DNA of 64,000 nucleotides from a bacterium (GTDB lineage Bacteria > UBA8248): contig OZ242260.1 of NCBI GenBank assembly GCA_965207065.1, positions 256,001-320,000 of the forward strand, written 5' to 3'. Below the pieces are notes generated by a model. It was not told the origin of the DNA and searched no databases. It worked only from the letters and a program-made list of their open reading frames with translations. Shown here piece after piece: positions 29,670-36,459 of this stretch (position 1 is its first letter; each line of letters starts with the position of its first letter). The position numbers and the translations under genes were made by a program.

Positions 29670-29908
29670 GCTTTTACATGCTCTTGGAGTAGATTGACCG
29701 CTTCTTCTTCCGTGGGGAAATTGCCCGAATCGAGTTTCGACCATAAAAGATCACCATCGAGCACCAGTTCGAAGGAGCCGACGCGAAAATTTCCATCCTC
29801 GTTTCCGGCGATTTCCAGGTCCGGGAAATGTTGTTTCAGATCCTGAGCCAACTGCTCATAGCGTGGCCCGTAGTTTCACTTTTCGCAGTATTCAACGTGA
29901 AGTTTCAT
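29666..29908 (-). CDS. Rdx/SelW-SelT-SelH family selenoprotein (CxxU), 80 aa
   Basis: GGGAG RBS and ATG 29908 give MKLHVEYCEK-TGA(29878-29876)-NYGPRYEQLAQDL...GSFEL..DG.LLWSKL..GNFP. The in-frame TGA sits exactly at the U of the Rdx CxxU motif. Confidence 0.88.
29845..29869 (-). other. Candidate bacterial SECIS stem-loop
   Basis: Starts 7 nt after the UGA: GGGCCA-CGCTATGAGCAGT-TGGCTC, an outer stem plus an inner GCT/AGC stem. Confidence 0.5.
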
Positions 29909-30118
29909 TCGTCTTTTCTCCCGCATGAAATATATAGTTGGCGAGCATCTGCATCATAGAAGAATTCCGGCTTGAGGAGAAGGTGGAGGGGATGAAAATC
30001 CTGAAAATTGACGATTCGGGCATCCATAACAACCATAAAACCCTTGCGCGGCTTGACTATTTGGCCCGCACGAGAGAAAAATCACCCCGATTTCCGAAGA
30101 AAACTTGAAGGAGGAGAA

Positions 30119-31522
30119 ATGGCTGGTATTACACGTGTGGGAGCATATATACCCTTTCATCGCCTGGATGGAGAGACCGTGCGGTCCGTTTGGGGAACCG
30201 GCAACCGAAGGGCTTCACGCCCGCTGGCCGGTTTCGACGAGGACCCCATCACCATGGGAGTGGAGGCGCTGATCAACGCGGCGGGCTGGGGCGATTCCGA
30301 GGTCGATTCCCTCTATTTCGCCTCAACGACCCACCCATACGCCGAAAAATCAAACGCTTCCGTTCTCGCCGCGGCGGCCGATCTGCCCGAAACACTCTTC
30401 ACCCTGGATGCGGGCGGCTCGGTGCGCGCGGGCACGTCCGCGCTCAAGGCCGCGTGTGACGCCATCGAAGCAGGTTCCTCCAAATCGGCGGCCGTGGTGG
30501 CGGCGGAGAAAAGGCCCGCGCTGCCGGGAAGTCCCGATGAATTAAGCCTTTGCGACGGCGCGGCGGCCGTGCTGCTCGGCAAGGGAGAGGACGTCGCCGC
30601 CGAGATCGAGGCGGTTTATTCATGGTCCGAGGATTTCATCGACAGGTGGCGTCTGCCCGGCGAGGGAGCCGTCTCCGCCGGTGACGCCAAGTTCATCCAG
30701 GATTACGGCTACGTGCGCCAGAGCGTCGCCACCGTCGAGGGACTGCTCCGCCAGACAGGGGCCACGAGAGAGGACATCGCGCGCGTACTCGTCTACGCCC
30801 CCGACGCCCGCACCCACGCCGCAATCGCCCGGAAACTGGGCTTTCCCGACTCGGCCTATCCCGAAAGCCCCCTCATCGCGCGCCTCGGGGATTCCGGAGC
30901 GGCCGCGCCTCTGCTCTCCCTCGTCGATGCGCTCCAGAGCGCGGAACCAGGCGAGCACATCATCGTCGCGGGTCACGGGAGCGGGGGGGAAGCCATCCTG
31001 CTGCGGGCGACGGACAAGGTCCATTCCCTGAGGACGCAGCGAGGAGTCGGCTGGTCCGTGGAGCGCGCGCGCGCCATCCCGAACTATGGACAATGGTTGA
31101 AATTCAATGGGTTATCACCCGAGGAGGAAATCAAGCCCTTCACCTCGCCCAGCATCCTGTGGAAGGAAAACCGGGCGACCATGCGCCTTATGGCCGGGGT
31201 TTGCCGCTCGTGCGGGGAGCTTCAGTATCCCCGCCAGCAGGTCTGCAACGCCTGCGGGGCGCGGGATGAGTGGGATGAGCGGAAACTGGGCCGCCGGGGC
31301 AAAATCTTCACCTTCATCCATGACTACCTGCCCCCATCGCCGGAGGGCTTCATCACCATGGCCACGGTGGAGCTAGAGGGCGGTGGACGCTTTTACGGCC
31401 AGATGACGAGCCAGGTGAAAGACGAGGTCCACATCGGAATGGAGTGCGAACTCACTTTCAGGCTTCTCCATCAGGGCGATGGGTATTATAATTACTTCTG
31501 GAAACTGCGCCCCGCCGGATAG
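30119..31522 (+). CDS. HMG-CoA synthase-like domain fused to a DUF35 (Zn-ribbon + OB-fold) domain
   Basis: GAYIP..RL, DEDPITMGVEA, DGAAA and GHGSG motifs. C-term CRSC..YP...CNAC, GKIFTF and ELTFR..H....NYFWK. AGGAG RBS precedes ATG 30119. Confidence 0.85.
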   Translation: MAGITRVGAYIPFHRLDGETVRSVWGTGNRRASRPLAGFDEDPITMGVEALINAAGWGDSEVDSLYFASTTHPYAEKSNASVLAAAADLPETLFTLDAGGSVRAGTSALKAACDAIEAGSSKSAAVVAAEKRPALPGSPDELSLCDGAAAVLLGKGEDVAAEIEAVYSWSEDFIDRWRLPGEGAVSAGDAKFIQDYGYVRQSVATVEGLLRQTGATREDIARVLVYAPDARTHAAIARKLGFPDSAYPESPLIARLGDSGAAAPLLSLVDALQSAEPGEHIIVAGHGSGGEAILLRATDKVHSLRTQRGVGWSVERARAIPNYGQWLKFNGLSPEEEIKPFTSPSILWKENRATMRLMAGVCRSCGELQYPRQQVCNACGARDEWDERKLGRRGKIFTFIHDYLPPSPEGFITMATVELEGGGRFYGQMTSQVKDEVHIGMECELTFRLLHQGDGYYNYFWKLRPAG

Positions 31523-31569
31523 GGCTTTATATTTTCCGAAGAAAGACATCTTTTTTCAAGGAGTTGGCC

Positions 31570-32766
31570 ATGAGCGGAACCATCGCCGGAAAAGTCGCCA
31601 TCATCGGCGCGGGCATCACGAAATTCGGAGAACTCTTCGAGCAAAGCTATAACGACCTCGTGGTGGAAGCCGCCTACGAGGCCTATGAGGATGCCGGCGT
31701 GAGCGGCGAGGACATCGAAGCCGCATGGCTGGGCACGTATCTGCCGCTCGGCTGGGGCTTCGACGGCACGGGCGGACCCTCGCTCGCCGAGGCGCTCAAC
31801 CTCTACCCCAAGCCCGTCTCGCGGGTCTCGAACTACTGCACGACGGGCATGGAGGCCGTCCGCATGGCGGCGATGGCCGTCGCCTCAGGGATGCACGACG
31901 TCGTACTGGCCGTCGGCGCCGAGAAGATGCGCGAGGTCCCGCCCCGGGGCAGCCTTGTCGCGCAACACGTTGAAAAACTTCATCCTATGTACTCGAAGGG
32001 CCGCACGGCGCCGGGCAGTTTCGCCGTTCTGGCAAGGCGGTATTTCGAGGAATTCGGCGCGGACAAGGAAGACCTGGCCGAGGTGGCGGTGAAGAACCAC
32101 TACCACGGGAGCCTGAACTCGCGCGCGCACTTCAGGAAGGAGATCACCAAGGAGCAGGTCCTGAAGGCCCCGCCGGTCACCGAACCGTTGGGCCTGTACG
32201 ATTGCTGCCCCACGACGGACGGCGCCGCTGCGGTCGTGCTCTGCCGGGCGGAGCTGGCCGAGAAGCGCTTCGACAAGAAAGACTACGTCTTGATCGACGG
32301 CATGGGTCTCTCGTGCGCTACGGGCTACATCACCACGGCGTTCAACCCCAGGTTCAGCTTCATCGGCTTCGAGGCCACCCAGGAAGCGGCCCGCCAGGCC
32401 TATGAACAGGCCGGCGTCACGAACCCCCGCGAGGAGATAGACCTGGCGGAAGTGCATGATTGTTTTACGATTACGGAGATTCTGAACTATGAGGACTTGG
32501 GCTTCGTCAAGAAGGGCGAGGGTCCCGATTTCGTCAAGAGCGGCGCGAGCAGACTCGGCGGCGAGCTCCCCGTGAACACCTCGGGCGGCCTCAAAAGCTG
32601 CGGCCATCCCATCGGCGCCACGGGCGCGCGCGTGGTGGCCGACTTGACGCACCAGCTCCTGGGGCGCTGCGGTGACCGCCAGGTCAAGGGCGCGAAACGA
32701 GCGCTCGGCCACACCCTGGGCGGCCCCGGCGCCGTCTCCAGCGTCTTCGTCCTGAGCAAGAATTAA
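31570..32766 (+). CDS. Thiolase family protein (SCP-x/archaeal type)
   Basis: TKFGE, VSNYCTTG, VKNH, DCCPTTDGAAA, EVHDCF and GHPIGATG motifs. Confidence 0.9.
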   Translation: MSGTIAGKVAIIGAGITKFGELFEQSYNDLVVEAAYEAYEDAGVSGEDIEAAWLGTYLPLGWGFDGTGGPSLAEALNLYPKPVSRVSNYCTTGMEAVRMAAMAVASGMHDVVLAVGAEKMREVPPRGSLVAQHVEKLHPMYSKGRTAPGSFAVLARRYFEEFGADKEDLAEVAVKNHYHGSLNSRAHFRKEITKEQVLKAPPVTEPLGLYDCCPTTDGAAAVVLCRAELAEKRFDKKDYVLIDGMGLSCATGYITTAFNPRFSFIGFEATQEAARQAYEQAGVTNPREEIDLAEVHDCFTITEILNYEDLGFVKKGEGPDFVKSGASRLGGELPVNTSGGLKSCGHPIGATGARVVADLTHQLLGRCGDRQVKGAKRALGHTLGGPGAVSSVFVLSKN

Positions 32767-32778
32767 GCATGTTCTGAC

Positions 32779-32806
32779 TCCCCCGGGCGCTCGCCCGGGG
32801 GATTTT
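32779..32806 (+). terminator. Rho-independent terminator
   Basis: TCCCCCGGGC/GCCCGGGGGA stem followed by TTTT. Confidence 0.75.
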
Positions 32807-33110
32807 CAACCCCGCAATTCCCCGCATTTACAGTTATTGCGCGAGGCGCGAACCATGGCAGACTTCCCCTGCGCCCGGATTTCGCGGCGTCATTTCCCAA
32901 GCAAATAAATTGCAGGATATTTACCGAATTACCCCGTGAATTTATCTAATTTTATCGGAATTTACGGAAATTATTATTTACATTATTCATGATCGGCGCC
33001 TAAACGGAGCGGAGACCCGGCTCCAGCGATCGGCGCCTGATTCGACACCTGAAAAACCGAAGGCCGACGGAGGGCCTTCCCATCATACCCCGCCGCCCCG
33101 AGAACACGAT

Positions 33111-33279
33111 CACCGCAAATGCGGGCAGATGCGCGAGCTGTCCCCGACCGGGGAGGTCGATACCTGGTGATGGAGGAGGAACTGCGCCGCCCCGCGACGG
33201 GAAATTCCTGCTGTATACCAACCTTTCAGGATACGCCCGCGCGCCTCGTCTCCCGCCACCGCAATTGCGGGCAAATGCG
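33111..33279 (+). repeat. Pair of 23-bp direct repeats with a palindromic core
   Basis: CACCGCAAATGCGGGCAGATGCG (33111-33133) and CACCGCAATTGCGGGCAAATGCG (33257-33279), 21/23 identical. Confidence 0.75.
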
Positions 33280-33393
33280 TACGCGGCGTCAACCGGGGCG
33301 GGAGGAAATGCGGTTTTGACCGTCATTCCGGCGGAACGATCAAGTCCGGGCGAGGAGAGGTTGTTGAAAAGTCCCTCAATGCAGGAAAACCAT

Positions 33394-33420
33394 CGTCATT
33401 CCGGCGAAAGCCGGAATCCA
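33394..33420 (+). repeat. CGTC-tagged REP-like palindrome
   Basis: CGTC-ATTCCGGC-GAAA-GCCGGAAT-CCA, with a partial copy at 33321-33333. Confidence 0.75.
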
Positions 33421-33486
33421 TTTTATGATTTTGCTTTCGTTTTCGCATTTGCTTCCGATTCGCGGGAGGTCAAACACGACCGAGGA

Positions 33487-33757
33487 GGGCCTGTTGAAAA
33501 AGCTCTTACGGATCGCGCCAAACCATTCTCCCCTTGCAGAGTCCCCGAACAACCACTCCCCCCTTGAGGGGGAGTCGAAGAGGCCGAGCGGTTTATGCGA
33601 AGGCCGATTCGGTGGGGGGTGAATCGCGTTTTATCGCCACTCCGAGTTATACCCCCCACCGAATCGCTTTCGGGCTTACGCCCTCAGCTCTTCGACTCCC
33701 CCTCAAGGGGGGAGTGAAATTCACCGCGCTCCTTTTGTGAGGTTTTTCAACAGGCCC
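33487..33757. mobile_element. MITE-like element (inner, nested)
   Basis: Perfect 15-bp TIR GGGCCTGTTGAAAAA (33487-33501) / TTTTTCAACAGGCCC (33743-33757). Flanked by GA on both sides. Confidence 0.7.
33554..33716. repeat. RIME-like composite inverted repeat
   Basis: Perfect 29-bp IR (33554-33582 / 33688-33716), each arm a self-hairpin CTCCCCC-TTGA-GGGGGAG. Perfect inner 16-bp IR (33605-33620 / 33651-33666). Confidence 0.85.
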
Positions 33758-34136
33758 GACAAGGGGGGTTGGGGGTCAAACGCGAGCGAAGAGCGAGTGT
33801 TTGCAGCTTTTTCCAGTCGAGAGGGGCGTCCCCTCTACCACCCGAAATCGGGTCTTTTTCAACAACCCCGATGAACGAGTGTTCGCCGCGCCCGAAGAAG
33901 GAGCGATTGCCGCGTTTTGAATCTAGCGAAGGCGCCGTCGGCGCAATCCGGCTGCGCTTTTGTCTCGGTGCAGGCGATTTCGGGTACGCCCGCTCAAGGC
34001 TCGAGAAGCGCCCCTGAAAAAGAAGCGTCTCCCCCAATCATGCTTCCGTTCGCAAATCCCTTGTTCTCCTGTAATCTTTTTGCGAGACCCATCTGCTGCA
34101 CGAGGACACCACACGAGGAACACGAGGAGACCCGAG

Positions 34137-34574
34137 ATGCGCTACCAGACCCGTTTCATCACATGCGGAATCATCACCTTGGCCCTTGCCCTCGCGGCCA
34201 ACGCGGCGGCGTTCGAGCAGCGCGTGCCCGCGCGGGTGACGAGAGTGCTCGACGGCGACACCGTGAAGGTCGAGGCCAGGGTTTGGCCGGGCCTCATCGC
34301 GCAGACCAATGTGCGGGTGCGCGGCGTCGACACGCCCGAGATCAGGCGGCCCAAGTGCGGCGAGTACGAGCGCCGGAGGGGCCTCGCCGCGCGCGATTTC
34401 GTGCGGGGCGTCATCGGCGAGCAGGTCTGGCTCGTCAACGTAACGCACGGCAAGTTCGGCCGCCGCGTCGTGGCGAGCGTACTGCTGGCGGACGGGCGCG
34501 ACCTCGCCACGCTGCTCCTCGCCACCGGCCACGCCCTCCCCTACCGCGGCGGACGCCGCCCGAAATGGTGTTGA
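34137..34574 (+). CDS. Secreted thermonuclease (SNase) family protein
   Basis: Signal peptide, then VTRVLDGDT, VRVRGVDTPE, GKFGR and GHALPY. GAGGAG RBS. Confidence 0.88.
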   Translation: MRYQTRFITCGIITLALALAANAAAFEQRVPARVTRVLDGDTVKVEARVWPGLIAQTNVRVRGVDTPEIRRPKCGEYERRRGLAARDFVRGVIGEQVWLVNVTHGKFGRRVVASVLLADGRDLATLLLATGHALPYRGGRRPKWC

Positions 34575-34580
34575 GGTCAA

Positions 34581-34652
34581 ACGCGAGTGATGAACGAGGG
34601 TTTGACGCGAGTGATGAACGAGGGTTTGACGCGAGTGAAGAACGAGCGTTTG
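34581..34652 (+). repeat. 3 x 24-bp tandem repeat
   Basis: ACGCGAGTGATGAACGAGGGTTTG twice, then ACGCGAGTGAAGAACGAGCGTTTG. A diverged single copy lies at 33780-33803. Confidence 0.9.
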
Positions 34653-34758
34653 CAGGTTTCCCGACTGATGAAATAGCGGTTCCGTAGGGGTGTCGAACTT
34701 CCCGAAGAGGGGGAGTGCGAGTGAGCTGGCCTTTGCCACTCTGAATCGACTGGGACAG

Positions 34759-35658
34759 CTATTTGTCTTTGAGAGGATTGTCACGCCAGACCAGTTGCTC
34801 GCCCGTGTCTGCGTCAAAAGTATGATATAGAATCGGCGGGTTGTCATCACTCGCTTTCGCCTCGTCGAGTTGCTCTTGGGTTAGCCCTTTGCAACCCCTG
34901 AAATTAGCGCCGGTAAGATTCGAATTACTCAGATCGACACTCATTAGATCTGCACCAGACATATCTACAGCTATGAGGTCAGCATCGTTCATAACCGCGC
35001 CAACCAAATTCGCACCGGATAGATTCAAGCCGGACAGATTCGCACCTACCAGAAACACCCCGGGTAGTTCCGCGTAGCGCAAATCCAGTCTGCTGTAATC
35101 CTCTTGTTGTAGTTCATCTATCTCGATTTGCGCATCGCTCCGCTGTCCAATCTCTCTCATGATTTCCTGAAGGTCAGAGCGCAATTTCTGAGGTCGCCAA
35201 TTCTCATCCACATAAGTAACTTCGTCACGTTCCAGAGGTGGGTGGCGTACAAAAGTGCAGAGAAGACGAATAATCTGTGCGTGATATTCCTCGGGATGCT
35301 CACGCGCCAGACGCGCGAAAGCATAGATTCCGCTCAGACGAACCGAAAGTGCCTCGCTGCCAAGCATCTCCGCGCCCTTCTGATAGCGCTCATTCAGTAA
35401 ACTGCCCTTCGACGTAACCACTTGCGTATGCGCCGCTTCGGCCTGACGATCGGCTACTCTGGCGCGCCATATGGCAAGCCCCAGAGCAATCGGCGCGGCA
35501 AGGAACAACCCGAGATTGCGAATCGTCGTCGAAGGTGATTCATAACCAGCTTGGGTGTTGCGCAACCAATCCCAAAACCACCAGATCACACCGCTGGAAA
35601 GCAGCGCTACGATTAGACCCGTTGCATACCATCCCGCATTTGTTCGAACATGAGTCAT
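34759..35658 (-). CDS. Membrane-anchored pentapeptide-repeat protein
   Basis: Two N-terminal TM helices, ERYQKGAEMLGS...VRLSGIYA..RLA, and A(N/D)L.. pentapeptide repeats. Start is uncertain (35658 or 35679). Confidence 0.8.
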   Translation of the reverse strand: MTHVRTNAGWYATGLIVALLSSGVIWWFWDWLRNTQAGYESPSTTIRNLGLFLAAPIALGLAIWRARVADRQAEAAHTQVVTSKGSLLNERYQKGAEMLGSEALSVRLSGIYAFARLAREHPEEYHAQIIRLLCTFVRHPPLERDEVTYVDENWRPQKLRSDLQEIMREIGQRSDAQIEIDELQQEDYSRLDLRYAELPGVFLVGANLSGLNLSGANLVGAVMNDADLIAVDMSGADLMSVDLSNSNLTGANFRGCKGLTQEQLDEAKASDDNPPILYHTFDADTGEQLVWRDNPLKDK

Positions 35659-35702
35659 GAAAGCTTGATTCCTTACCAACTCTTATAAAGAAAATCTCTA
35701 CT

Positions 35703-36200
35703 TCACATAGTTGGACGCAACTTGTTAATGGGAATCCACTCTTCATCGCCAGGTCGTTTGACTTGCCAGTATATCCAGCCATTCAGCTGGGGATGTTTCC
35801 CATCCTTAGTGATAACAACGCCGCCGGCAGCCTTGGAGGGGCTCCCAAAACGTTCGCCTTCCACCAACCATCTGCCATTTTGGATGATTCCCTTGTATCG
35901 GCGTCCCCGGTACTCCATCTGCAATTCCGTCCCGTGAGGCAAAGTTACGCCCTTCCCCCACCATGGCTGTTCCGAGTCTTCGGCCACTGACGATCGACCG
36001 CTCATATATCCCAAGTTTTCTCCCGAAAGTGCTTGATCTGTGTTCGACTGTGGCAAGTGCTGCGAAGATGTATTGTCGTCAACGATCTTCAAAAGTCGAC
36101 GCAAAACGGCGTTTGGCGAATCATCGAAGCTCAGCCTCGCTTCTTCAATCTTTTTGTGAACGGCAAAATCGATCTCTATGTTGCGTAACTTTGGCATCAT
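35703..36200 (-). CDS. Putative DNA-binding protein: SeqA-N-like ribbon-helix-helix plus RAMA/DUF4357-like domain
   Basis: N-term IEIDFAVHKKIEEARLSFDDSPNAVLRRLL. C-term F.SPSKAA...NGWIYW. AGGAGG RBS. Confidence 0.65.
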   Translation of the reverse strand: MMPKLRNIEIDFAVHKKIEEARLSFDDSPNAVLRRLLKIVDDNTSSQHLPQSNTDQALSGENLGYMSGRSSVAEDSEQPWWGKGVTLPHGTELQMEYRGRRYKGIIQNGRWLVEGERFGSPSKAAGGVVITKDGKHPQLNGWIYWQVKRPGDEEWIPINKLRPTM

Positions 36201-36243
36201 GGGTCCTCCTTTTGAATGGCACGGAACTCAACATCGGAGGAAC

Positions 36244-36271
36244 AATATATGGCATAGATAGGAGTTGTCAA
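36244..36271 (-). promoter_or_regulatory. Sigma70-type promoter for 36200-35703
   Basis: TTGACA-N16-TATATT on the minus strand, with tandem TAGTAGTA x2 (36276-36291) just upstream of the -35. Confidence 0.6.
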
Positions 36272-36459
36272 GAAATAGTAGTATAGTAGTAATATAGATA
36301 ATACAGTTTTTGAGCAAACGAGAGAAGCCCATCTGAATTTCTATATCTCGCACAGGCGAAACGACCCCATTACCAATCCGCGAACTGCGACGAACTTGGA
36401 AAGAGTCTGCCCTACAAGGACTTCTTTTCTCTGGAAATCGTGCAGGAGGTTGCTCCCCC

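Larger units (their letters stand above)
33357..33869. mobile_element. MITE-like element (outer)
   Basis: Terminal IR GAGGTTGTTGAAAA ... TTTTCAACAACCCC (13/14). Flanked by GA on both sides. No credible ORF. Confidence 0.6.

Noticed and set aside
29666-29908. Pseudogene interpretation of the in-frame TGA
   Set aside because: The TGA falls exactly on the Rdx redox motif, both halves are intact and a SECIS-like hairpin follows, so selenocysteine is more likely.
32803-33320. Chromosomal oriC
   Set aside because: An AT-rich tract is present, but there are no TTATCCACA-type DnaA boxes and no dnaA/gidA/parAB context.
33000-34123. Short ORFs in the repeat region
   Set aside because: They translate through palindromic repeats (e.g. 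RHSGESRNP, HSPLEGES) and are typical repeat-derived false ORFs. No transposase motifs.
34581-34652. CRISPR array
   Set aside because: The 24-bp units are directly adjacent with no unique spacers, and no cas genes are in the window.
34655-34758. Hammerhead ribozyme (CTGATGA at 34665)
   Set aside because: No stem II followed by GAAA and no matching stem III.
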